Both the position numbers and the translations under genes were made by a program. A stretch of 64,000 nucleotides of DNA, from contig JALWZB010000155.1 in NCBI GenBank assembly GCA_027002995.1, forward strand, positions 26,365-90,364. The letters run 5' to 3'. Origin of the DNA: Desulfurococcales archaeon. GTDB taxonomy: Archaea; Thermoproteota; Thermoprotei_A; Sulfolobales; NBVN01. Shown piece after piece: positions 47,201-55,703 of this stretch (its first letter is position 1; each line of letters starts with the position of its first letter). The notes below the pieces were generated by a model. That model was given only the letters and a program-made list of their open reading frames with translations, had not been told where the DNA came from and ran no database searches.

Positions 47201-48183
47201 GTGTAGTTTCCGGCGGTTGTTGGGTCGGTTAGAAGTACACCTACTTTTACCCATTTGCCTTCACCCTCCATATACTCATAGAGGACTCCGAACTTGTAGT
47301 TGCCGCTTAGTGATGTCACGTTACTCACATTGTAAGCACTGTACGGCGCAGTTAGGTTGACTGGGTCGGGTATGTAGTCGGTGAAGTTAATTCCGCCAAC
47401 ATTTATGAAGCCTGTGGCGTTCGCTGTGAATGTCTTGAACAATATTACTAGGTTCTCGTCAGCGTCCAGCACTAGTGGTTCCCTTATATCTGTGCCATTG
47501 TATGTGCCCACGTAGTAGGTTAAGGCACCCTGTAGGTCTGGATTCCCGTAGTCAACACCGGTATCTATTACTGCTACTTTTATGCCTGTGCCATTGAAAC
47601 CATAGAGTTCTTCGGCGGCTGCGGCCCCTATTAAGTACCTTATGAAGAAGTTATTTGTTTTAGGCTTGATCTTGGATATGTCTGGGGTCTTTGCGGAGTC
47701 CGTTATTAGTGACTCTTTGTTCTTGGGTGGTACCTTATAGAGAAGTGCTGTTTCGAAGTTTATTAGTGGTTTTTCTGCAAGGCCCAATACTACTGTCTTG
47801 TATGGACGTAACGCATTAACTATCTTGCCTATGGGCCCCACAACCTTAAAGATGTAGTTACCCTTTGCGTCCCTCCTGAGTGTTGAGGCAACAATACTGA
47901 ACTTCTTGCCCAGCACGGTTATTGTCACCTTCCTCAAGCTATTGTAGAGTTGTAGAACCTTGCTGAGGGGTGTTGACGCTTTAATGACTACCACAGCCTG
48001 AACCTTGAAGTCCTTGTTAATACCAGGAGGTATGTTTAAGCCGTGTAACTTAGTGCTTTGTATTGTGTATTGTTCTAGCGTAGGTGCGGTACTGGCTGTT
48101 ACTGATGACGATACCGCTGTCAAGGCGGTTAACGCCACTAAGGTTATAATTATTAGGCTAACTACCCTCCTCACTGCATGCAC
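44284..48183 (-). CDS. Large secreted subtilisin-family (S8) serine protease, pyrolysin/STABLE-like
   Basis: Signal peptide, triad VIDTG / YGHGT / GGTSYATP, oxyanion AAGN, long insertion between D and H. Confidence 0.92.
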   Translation of the reverse strand: MHAVRRVVSLIIITLVALTALTAVSSSVTASTAPTLEQYTIQSTKLHGLNIPPGINKDFKVQAVVVIKASTPLSKVLQLYNSLRKVTITVLGKKFSIVASTLRRDAKGNYIFKVVGPIGKIVNALRPYKTVVLGLAEKPLINFETALLYKVPPKNKESLITDSAKTPDISKIKPKTNNFFIRYLIGAAAAEELYGFNGTGIKVAVIDTGVDYGNPDLQGALTYYVGTYNGTDIREPLVLDADENLVILFKTFTANATGFINVGGINFTDYIPDPVNLTAPYSAYNVSNVTSLSGNYKFGVLYEYMEGEGKWVKVGVLLTDPTTAGNYTTLYVDANNNSIFNDPEDIKVTYDGNRILAAYKPGSTWPYASFGVAGGFFFDAYWNFNYPGQIYAGWNLQGKYLSIFYDFYGHGTSCAAAIASRGFPEGIAPGAKIVGIKGLWFGDVEVGMLWAAGFNISGYTPVYTGTPRVDLISNSWGISTFVYDISGFGYDFESLFEDAITTPGFLDPNYPGVLIVHAAGNGGAGYGTITSPGAAGGVLTVGASTSTHIYYYFYGFGGYTYDDIVSWSARGPTPAGYIKPDVVNVGAWGLTAAPVWLSAGNYTIFGGTSYATPLTAGVAALVYQALKSQGMTNIPPWLVKQIIMNTAVNLHYPPFDEGAGRVNALAAVQLALEIANSSANTYKGLRIFSDAFYKYTAAKMARIWEWMWADYCDLNLYYWYGFTLPSMSPYDLLSSYAQGKAYSIYEPDIPQGGLRYFTFTVENPTNSLAVIQASVVRPAKIAGPVNYYLRFTIPEDSFGTYEYIVISQSKIPKGTEYLTADVVLPYSIFDGDNDYYADYYVSIIAYVWIDDFNGNGVPDVDERVVINFGYSLSNHNLVQVKLPLQLLEEYGPNAKLLLRIWLERGDDPTPAKTALRNQVVKVGITYYGFKADNWVRLLSRYPGGKFFVRAGSTVTIKGIIRPPVYAAPTAYQDYVRLNVRFADGTTMTYYVPLSYTIYTTLRAGWSRIVNTGPGAASYPYSWSFLKGDTAWDWRYESGDWRVFYVNIPDSKVWLLQLQVSWFNSYTSLITYTLGPDGQFAGVYYGTGASYHYYLGSGRFLWMDTGRYKSPNTRSVITFPLTTYRDGEYPTTKPNLGVYTIIVRTVLYGGSYYFEGFRVWVRALPGYKMLPNAVMSTSGQLTTYVRLPYRASSIDFVFGQAALPMFTSQSLCNYSTLQITPSGYSRPSIFYRYTLKWGGLNCYLSFEKPRVDLIVLYIASFPEIPVYYKYFNSYYTLTDQYVLQDWMITGNLYYTAPSGD

Positions 48184-48361
48184 ACCCTCAAAAAGATTAT
48201 GTTTCCCTATGTTTTATAAGTCTGTCTCGTTTAAGTAAAAACAAAGGATCGTTGAGAGAGTCCTAAACATTGATGTTACGATCGGTAACACTAATTCACA
48301 TTCATCAGCTTATCGCAGTAGGCGTTACTCTGGGGTAATAGAGTATGTGATCGAACTAATC

Positions 48362-49063
48362 TTATATTTTGGGTAATCCTGAAGCAAGTTCCTTCGATGC
48401 TTCCTCTACGTCTTTTACCGTGTCGATGGATCTCCAGTAGACATTAGTATATACTAGGCCCTTAAGCAACTTGTTGCTAGCTAGTTCAGGGAATGTGGTC
48501 TTCTCTAGGTCCCCTTTCTCTGGGACGTACTTGAATACTTCGGGCTTCATAGCGTAGACGCCAGCGTTAATTAAGTATTCCCTAAGAACGGGTTTCTCCA
48601 TGAACTCCGTCACTAGGCCTTCTTCATTTATTTTCACTATTCCGTAAGGTGATTTTAGAGGAACGAGGGCCATCGCACCCAGTATTTCTTCTGACTTCCT
48701 TAGTTCCTCAACTAACTTCCTAGCAGGTATGTTCGTTATTATATCCCCATTTACCGCTAGGAAAATATCATCGCTTAACACGCTTTCAGCATTCTTTAAC
48801 GCCCCTCCCGTCCCTCTAGGTTCGTCCTCAACGGCATACACTACCTTGACCCTGTATTTTGATCCGGATCCCAGAAACTCTATTATTTTCTCATGTAGGT
48901 ATCCTGCGAGTATGACTATAGTGTCGACACCTTGCGATCTTAACCACTCGATCTGCCACTCAATAATTGGCTTACCACCAACCTCGACTAGTACCTTTGG
49001 TATTGCCTCAGTTATTGGTCTGAGACGCCTTGCTAAGCCACCAGCTATAATTGCGGCTTTCAA
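48362..49063 (-). CDS. NDP-sugar pyrophosphorylase (nucleotidyltransferase)
   Basis: IAGGLARRLRPIT..IPK, EPRGTGGA, NGD, EKP, INAGVY, WRSIDT. Confidence 0.92.
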   Translation of the reverse strand: MKAAIIAGGLARRLRPITEAIPKVLVEVGGKPIIEWQIEWLRSQGVDTIVILAGYLHEKIIEFLGSGSKYRVKVVYAVEDEPRGTGGALKNAESVLSDDIFLAVNGDIITNIPARKLVEELRKSEEILGAMALVPLKSPYGIVKINEEGLVTEFMEKPVLREYLINAGVYAMKPEVFKYVPEKGDLEKTTFPELASNKLLKGLVYTNVYWRSIDTVKDVEEASKELASGLPKI

Positions 49064-49140
49064 GTATTAAGCACCGAAGAAAAGAGTAGTGCAGAGAAAT
49101 TAAAAATGGTTTTGATTTTGGTTTACCTTACTGTGTACCA

Positions 49141-52100
49141 TTAGCTAGCGGCTGCCTTCCTAGCCGTTGCCCAGGACAGTATGCCGAAGATGAAAGCTAG
49201 CAGTGCGAAGATCGTTGCCACGTACAGCACGTACGTGGCTGAGTCGATCTTGCTGGCTAGCTCGGTCTTCACGTTGCTGACCGCGCTGCCAGCAGCCTCG
49301 GCTGCTGACTTAGCGGCGTTCGCTGCTGAGGCCGCGTTGTCCGCTGCTGACTTGGCAGCGTTAGCAGCGCTTATTGCTGACTGTACGTTGCTGTTTATCG
49401 TGTCTAGTTCACTTAGCTTGCCTAGGCTGGACTTGATGTCACTTAGCTGACTGCTTATTGAGTCTAGCTTGCTGGTTATCGGTGTTAGGTCAACGCTTAG
49501 CTTTATGTTGCTCACCATGCTCTTCAGTGTGGCTAAGTCACCCTTGATTGCGGCAGTGTCGCTCAGTATGCTTGACACGCTACCTGACAGACTTGATATG
49601 CTACTCTTGAGGTCGCTTACCACACTCTTTAAGTCTTTCACATCACTGCTCACGCTACTTATGCTGGCTGCTAGGCCGTTCACGCTTGAGGACAGGCTTG
49701 ATACCTGCCCTACTAGGGCGTCTAGCTTGCTGCCAAGCACGCTGACTGACCCGCTGATGCTGTTCAGGGAGGTGGTCACGTCATTGGCAAAGGCGTTGAA
49801 CTCGTCGCTTGTTACTATCTTAGTTAGGTTGTTCACTACGTACACGAGTCCTGGCTGGCTGATCTCTGAGCCGGTCGGTGTCTGGAAGGCTAGGCCTATC
49901 TCGTAGACGCCTGGCTCTAGTGCGGGTATGAATAGGCCTGGCGTTAGGTTACCGTAGGCCTCCAGCACACCGTCATTGTTAGCGTACCAGTTCGTGACCT
50001 GCGTGTTCAGCGTGTATAGGGCGTCAGTACCGTTCACGGTTACGGTCTTCACGCTAGCTCCTGGCGGGAAGCCTGTGCCTATCACCTTCACGAAGCCGGG
50101 CCCTACTAGCACAGGTATCTTGTGCACGTCATTCAGTGATACTATTAGTACCTTCGGCACCACCTCAGGCTCAGCAGGCACTAGGGTGCCATTGTAGAAG
50201 TACATCACCTGTATGGTGGTCTGCGTGGTCTCCACTTTTAACGGGTACTTACCTTCGGGCACGGTCGGCACTATGAACGTTATGTTCACTACGTTAGCTC
50301 CCTCAATTACGTTGTAGTCAGTTATCTTTACGTTGCCGAAGTACACGGCCGTTATGTCACTCTTCTTGATACCATACAGTACTATCTTGATTATATCACC
50401 TAGGGTCTCTGTCTTTGGTCCGCTCACTACTTTGATACCGCAGTACTTGCAGCCTGCGTACTGCTTGCAGACAGTTGCAACGATCCTACCGTACTCGGGG
50501 TGCTTAGCGGTTACCTTCCAGCTTGTGGTTACACCAGTTATTTTAGCCCAGTAGGAGGCAGCACCTATCACTACTAGTAGTGTATACTCGTACTTGAACG
50601 TGTCCTTACCTCTTAGGTAGTGTGCACCGAACTTGGCATTCTTCGGCAACTGCACCATGAAGGTTACGTTACCGTCCTTACCTACAGCCACAGTATTGCC
50701 AGAGAACGACAATCCATCCTCAGCCCATATCACTGGAAGCGTTGCATTCTGATCCCAGTATATTGACATAATGTTCTTTGTGCCTTGGTATGTGCCTGGG
50801 CCGTAACCATAGGCTGCAATCATTACCTTATCGCCAGGCTTAATTATAGTGGTATTCAGCACCTCTAGGTATGGCCTCACTATATAGGCCGCGGTTGGGA
50901 ATACCTGCCAGACTATACCTCTGTATACAGTTATCGTTAGGTTAGTTGAGTTGTAGGTGCTACTGTACAGGTTTAAGTCTGCGTTGAAGTATATGTCGAC
51001 TACGTACTTGCCGTCTATGACTTCTAGAGGCGTCGATAGGGAGACGGTGCTTGTTGCATTGTCAAGCACTAGCTTGACGGTACTGTTACTTGGCGTTATT
51101 ACGTAGTCCTTGACGGTCCCTGTGTCAGTGTTGTTGTACCTTACCTCGAGTTTCGAACCTGCACTGTAGAGTACGAACTTCCTCTGGTAAATGTATAGGT
51201 TACCTACATTCAGTGTGTAGTTACCCCAGTACTTTGCTAGGAACTGGCTGTTGGAGGGAGCGGTGCTTACATTAGCGCCCGCACTGGAGCTGAACGTGCC
51301 GCTTAGGTTGAACGCGTACCAAGCTGTGAAGTAGTGCGGTGAGTATGACGTGTCTACCGGCACATTGTATACTATCTGGTGGTCTATCAGCACCATCGGT
51401 GTTGCACTAGCATTATATAGGTCGAACGTTATGTTAGCATTAGTTCCGTTATAGCTCGTAATGTTCGCCACTAGATAGTATAGTGTTCCCTCAAACGTGA
51501 ACTCAGCGACTACCCTATATGAATTCACGGTCTTCTCAACGATCTTCACATATTCAGTGGTGCCGTTTACGTAGAGTGTACTGTTAACGTACACCGATAC
51601 GCCGTCATCTACCCTGTTTGTCGCCTTCCATAGGTGAGTCGTGGCGTTAATTAGGAATACGTTGTTTGATCTGAAGTCCTCGTAAGTGCCGCTTGACGCC
51701 CATGTTACGTTAATGTAGTACATGCCTGCAGTCATGTTAGTCTCTGGCACTAGGTGTACAGTCGCAGTCGGATCTGTGGTGACGGTGAAAGTACCGTCAG
51801 AGCTTGTCTCAATCTTACTTGTGGTGTTCGTTGCTGAGTTGTATAGCCCTGTGAACGCGTACTTTACGCCAGTGAAGTTCTGGTTCACGAACTCAATACT
51901 GGTTAACACAGCATTAGCGTCAAAGCCGTAACCCCTAATTGTTATTGCATCAGTCCACTTCCCGTGGCCAGCGTTAGGAGTCACAGCGACTATCGGGTTA
52001 ATCGTTAGTGAGCCGGGGGTCTCATTATTGTCAAGGGACGTACCAGTAGTTATTATGACATCGTATGTACCCCTAGGTAGGTACGGTGATGGTGAAAACG

Positions 52101-52722
52101 TGGTAGCGTTAAGTAGGTCACCGAAAGATAGCCCCGTTATGTTAATGACACCGCAGTCATCAGCGGTTATACCCTGCGCAGTTATATTCCATACCTTAGT
52201 CAGAGTTGCGCTACTTACGTTAACGTAGTTAGCTGGTGTTCCCTCTGGAAATCCGTAGCCTATAACGTCAATCGTGGCGTTGCTTACGCCTCCTGTTGCT
52301 GTGCTTACCTTGACGTTTGTTGTTACTGACGGCACTATCTCGATTATAGGCTTGACGAAGACCGATGCTGATCCTGCTGAGGTGCCTCCCACTTCGACGT
52401 CTATCGTGAAGTAGCTATCAATGAGGCCTGGTAGTTCTTTAGGTAGGTTCAGGGTTATGTTGTATGTGCCAGGGTTCACTATAACCCTTGAGACGCTTCT
52501 CCACACCGTTCCGTTAGGTGCTGTTAGGTTCACCTGTACTAGCGTGTTCCCTGTTGGCACGTTTACTGCTACCCATACTATGCCTCCGGGTTCTGCACTA
52601 CTGCTAGCACCCACTATGCTAGCTTGCGCCCTCACTACGTTCACGATGCCGGCCGGTATTATGGGTGCGAGTATGAGTGCCAGTGCTAACGCTGCAATTA
52701 GTTTAGCGTATACTCTATTCAT
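49141..52722 (-). CDS. Large surface-layer glycoprotein with beta-sandwich repeats, coiled-coil stalk and C-terminal TM anchor
   Basis: Start at MNRVYAK after GAGGTGA; signal peptide, many N-x-S/T sequons, repeated I.G.GF units, Ser/Leu heptads, Ala-rich repeats, TM helix. Confidence 0.8.
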   Translation of the reverse strand: MNRVYAKLIAALALALILAPIIPAGIVNVVRAQASIVGASSSAEPGGIVWVAVNVPTGNTLVQVNLTAPNGTVWRSVSRVIVNPGTYNITLNLPKELPGLIDSYFTIDVEVGGTSAGSASVFVKPIIEIVPSVTTNVKVSTATGGVSNATIDVIGYGFPEGTPANYVNVSSATLTKVWNITAQGITADDCGVINITGLSFGDLLNATTFSPSPYLPRGTYDVIITTGTSLDNNETPGSLTINPIVAVTPNAGHGKWTDAITIRGYGFDANAVLTSIEFVNQNFTGVKYAFTGLYNSATNTTSKIETSSDGTFTVTTDPTATVHLVPETNMTAGMYYINVTWASSGTYEDFRSNNVFLINATTHLWKATNRVDDGVSVYVNSTLYVNGTTEYVKIVEKTVNSYRVVAEFTFEGTLYYLVANITSYNGTNANITFDLYNASATPMVLIDHQIVYNVPVDTSYSPHYFTAWYAFNLSGTFSSSAGANVSTAPSNSQFLAKYWGNYTLNVGNLYIYQRKFVLYSAGSKLEVRYNNTDTGTVKDYVITPSNSTVKLVLDNATSTVSLSTPLEVIDGKYVVDIYFNADLNLYSSTYNSTNLTITVYRGIVWQVFPTAAYIVRPYLEVLNTTIIKPGDKVMIAAYGYGPGTYQGTKNIMSIYWDQNATLPVIWAEDGLSFSGNTVAVGKDGNVTFMVQLPKNAKFGAHYLRGKDTFKYEYTLLVVIGAASYWAKITGVTTSWKVTAKHPEYGRIVATVCKQYAGCKYCGIKVVSGPKTETLGDIIKIVLYGIKKSDITAVYFGNVKITDYNVIEGANVVNITFIVPTVPEGKYPLKVETTQTTIQVMYFYNGTLVPAEPEVVPKVLIVSLNDVHKIPVLVGPGFVKVIGTGFPPGASVKTVTVNGTDALYTLNTQVTNWYANNDGVLEAYGNLTPGLFIPALEPGVYEIGLAFQTPTGSEISQPGLVYVVNNLTKIVTSDEFNAFANDVTTSLNSISGSVSVLGSKLDALVGQVSSLSSSVNGLAASISSVSSDVKDLKSVVSDLKSSISSLSGSVSSILSDTAAIKGDLATLKSMVSNIKLSVDLTPITSKLDSISSQLSDIKSSLGKLSELDTINSNVQSAISAANAAKSAADNAASAANAAKSAAEAAGSAVSNVKTELASKIDSATYVLYVATIFALLAFIFGILSWATARKAAAS

Positions 52723-52855
52723 CCTATTATTCACCTCAAGTTCTATCTTGACGGTCTGCGGTTTAAATAGGTTAAGCCTCATTGAGGGTAAGACAGGTGT
52801 CGTAAATTTGCGTGTTAACTGGTTTTTATGGATTCTAGTTTACTTTCGTAACGCA

Positions 52856-53575
52856 TTAGGCGTAAATATTATGCGTGTATCCTGTTAAGGAGGTTAATTT
52901 GTCTTTAAGGATCCCGTCCATGAGGTTCATTGATCTGTCGACGTACTCTAGGATTCTTGGGTCGTGGGTCACTATGAGTACCGTTGTTCCGAAGTCCTTC
53001 CTTATTCTCTTAAACATCTCGGCTACCTTAATGGCGTTCTCCCAGTCTAGGTTAGCTGTCGGTTCGTCGGCTAGGAGGACCGAGGGAGTCGTTACTAGGG
53101 CTCGTGCTATAGCTACCCGCTGTCTCTCACCACCGCTTAGTCGTGTGGGGTAGGAGTTGGCTTTCGGCAATAGACCCATGTATTCGAGGGCCTCCCGTAC
53201 CTTGGCTTCCCTTTCTTCCTTGGGGATGCCAGCTATTAGCAGTGGTAGCTCAACGTTCTCCCTGACGGTTAAGTTCTCCACTAGCCCGTAATCCTGCGGT
53301 ATGTAGCTAACTACGGTATTCCTTATCATTGCTAAGCCTAGGTCATCCAGCATGTTTAGGTTGTAACCATCCACTATCACCTCCCCGCGGTCAGGGCGCT
53401 CAAGACCGGCGATTATCCTAAGTAGTGTGGTTTTCCCGGAGCCGCTGGGTCCGTGGATACCGGCTATCTCTCCCCGGTAGAAGACCGCTGAGACGTTCTT
53501 TAGGACGGTTACTATGGAGTCACCCTCCTTATAGCTCTTCCAAACATTCCTCAGCACAACAACAGCGTCGGCCAT
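52856..53575 (-). CDS. ABC ATPase, LolD/MacB type
   Basis: GPSGSGKT, LSGGERQR, LADEPTANLD, VTHD. Confidence 0.93.
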   Translation of the reverse strand: MADAVVVLRNVWKSYKEGDSIVTVLKNVSAVFYRGEIAGIHGPSGSGKTTLLRIIAGLERPDRGEVIVDGYNLNMLDDLGLAMIRNTVVSYIPQDYGLVENLTVRENVELPLLIAGIPKEEREAKVREALEYMGLLPKANSYPTRLSGGERQRVAIARALVTTPSVLLADEPTANLDWENAIKVAEMFKRIRKDFGTTVLIVTHDPRILEYVDRSMNLMDGILKDKLTSLTGYTHNIYA

Positions 53576-53650
53576 CGCTACCTCAGCACCATGTAACCCT
53601 TCTACAGAGCATTATTAACATGATACCTGATTCGGGGATGCGCGTCACTA

Positions 53651-54085
53651 TCATTGCGTGTACATCGCTACGGAGGTTAAGAAGCCTTTCTTAGTGATGC
53701 GTAGCGCGAGTATCATTACGGTTAGTGAGGAGGTTAGTGAAAGAATGAGTGCCAGAACTACCCATACCGCGCCTATGGTTACGTAAGGCGCCCCACAGAT
53801 TGCTGAAAGTATTGTTGAGGGTGCCAGCATGTACGTTTTCACCTGCCTTGGCGTGGCCCCCACCATGTAGAGGACCCTAAGCATTGAGTAGTGGGCCCTG
53901 AAGTCTATTATTAGAGATGAGGTGGAAGCCGGTAGCATCACCCCTATTAGCACCGGGTCAGGAACCTTATCGCCTGCTACCTTAATGAGTATAGCTAGCA
54001 TTAAGGCCGCTACTAGACATACCTTCAGTCCGTGTCCTCTCAACATCTGCTTTAGCGCGAGCGTTAATACTGCGATAACTCCCAA
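53651..54085 (-). CDS. Small membrane protein with FtsX-like segment
   Basis: Hydrophobic; MLRVLYMVGATPRQV resembles the FtsX L...GA....I motif. Confidence 0.55.
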   Translation of the reverse strand: MGVIAVLTLALKQMLRGHGLKVCLVAALMLAILIKVAGDKVPDPVLIGVMLPASTSSLIIDFRAHYSMLRVLYMVGATPRQVKTYMLAPSTILSAICGAPYVTIGAVWVVLALILSLTSSLTVMILALRITKKGFLTSVAMYTQ

Positions 54086-55701
54086 GACTTTAACCTCCCA
54101 ACGACTCTTGAGAGGAGTAATGCTAGTACGTTATTCATTATTGCTTCCGACACTTCCTCTATACCCCATATCATGCAGGATATGTTAACGTAGGTTCCCT
54201 CGTCAGCACTAGTGACTAAGATACTCATATCCGCGCCCACGCCCCAAGACTCGATGTAGGCGAGTCGGGCGTGAATTACGGCCTCATTGCCTTGAGCCTT
54301 TGTCTCGAACTCCAGTAGCTCGAAGAATTCATTTCCTTGTAGGCTCCTTGAGATTTCCTGGACGATCTCAGTAATTTCCTTCCTCCTCAGGAATATGACG
54401 TATCGTTGTGATGGGGGAGAATACACGTCGGTCCTTAGTTTAGGCGGCTTAGATTTGAGGCTTAAGTACGTGAACATTAAAGCCCAAGTAATTACAGCAG
54501 AAATCAGTGAGTTGAAGGCCGAGACCCCTCCTAGGTAGTGGTACGAGTATAGAACAACAGTGACTCCAGGAACTAACGCCACTAGCATCGTGTAGGCAGT
54601 ATTTATTATTGAGGCACCCCAGGGAGGCATTCCCTGAATGCTTAACCTAAGGTAAAGGTTCTTAAGGCTTGGGAGGAGTGCGGAAGCCACAGCTAGGCAT
54701 AGCACTGTAGCCGTCGCCGATGAAAGTAGGGCAACAACCATTGACCTAGTTGTGGGTATCTGCACGGTGCTTATTACGTAGAGTTTCCTGCCGTCTAAGA
54801 ACCAAACCCTGCTAAAGTCAGCATTTCTTACTAACTGCGTAAGCGTGTGGAGGTTGAAGAGCCCGGTTCCGCTAACTACGAGCACGTCAGTGATAGTATC
54901 TCTAGGCACGCTAATTAAGGAGTTGACCGCGTCGATATCACCCACCAACACGTACTTAGGTGGTGGCGTAACTGGTTTCGTGCCTATGTAGGACTGCACC
55001 GGGAGGAGAGGCACGCCAGGTATGATCTCAGCCCTCGCTAAAGCGTTGCCGGGAATTCCTTTGACGATTACATTGAATGCCTTACCCCCGGCTGCAATCA
55101 CTGTGGCGTTAACTTCGTTCGTTGGGCTAATACCTGCATAAAGTAACTCGTGCGCACCCTCCTGGACGCTGGTGTTGAGGAGTCTTTTCAGCTCATCAGT
55201 ACTTAACCCTAAGAGGACGTATATCACGTATGTATTGCCGTTGCACCTAAGCTTTATTGGACTGTTAAGTACGTGACGTGCGTACCACGTCAAGCGCACC
55301 TCCGATTCATTTAATCCCTTAGTAAGGCTGTAGATGCTTTTCTTGGCAACGTCCTTGGGTATCGCGTGCGAGAATTCTATGAAGACTGCCTGCGTAAATT
55401 CGTGTCCGCTCTCCACATTAAATGCGACATAGCTGGTGTGTGAGGATGCAGCGTAACCTGAGATAAGTGAGGTGAGGATTACTGTGGTCATTATTATTAG
55501 TGTTAGGGGGTTCTTGAGAACTACCCACGTGGTCTTCCCTAAGAACGTTATGCGGGAAATGCTGGAGCTTCTCCTGCCAGACTCCCTTTCCGGTGGGTGG
55601 GGTGACTCTGTCTTAATGTACTTAACTGCTAAGTACGTGAATACTGCTGTCGCGGCAATGTAGGTTATCATCATTAGGATGAAGTCTGCTGATAGGCTCA
55701 C
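54064..55701 (-). CDS. FtsX/MacB-like ABC permease
   Basis: N-terminal TMs, large extracellular domain, then LSIQGMPP plus further TMs; same operon as the LolD-type ATPase. Confidence 0.6.
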   Translation of the reverse strand: MSLSADFILMMITYIAATAVFTYLAVKYIKTESPHPPERESGRRSSSISRITFLGKTTWVVLKNPLTLIIMTTVILTSLISGYAASSHTSYVAFNVESGHEFTQAVFIEFSHAIPKDVAKKSIYSLTKGLNESEVRLTWYARHVLNSPIKLRCNGNTYVIYVLLGLSTDELKRLLNTSVQEGAHELLYAGISPTNEVNATVIAAGGKAFNVIVKGIPGNALARAEIIPGVPLLPVQSYIGTKPVTPPPKYVLVGDIDAVNSLISVPRDTITDVLVVSGTGLFNLHTLTQLVRNADFSRVWFLDGRKLYVISTVQIPTTRSMVVALLSSATATVLCLAVASALLPSLKNLYLRLSIQGMPPWGASIINTAYTMLVALVPGVTVVLYSYHYLGGVSAFNSLISAVITWALMFTYLSLKSKPPKLRTDVYSPPSQRYVIFLRRKEITEIVQEISRSLQGNEFFELLEFETKAQGNEAVIHARLAYIESWGVGADMSILVTSADEGTYVNISCMIWGIEEVSEAIMNNVLALLLSRVVGRLKSWELSQY

Positions 55702-55703
55702 CT

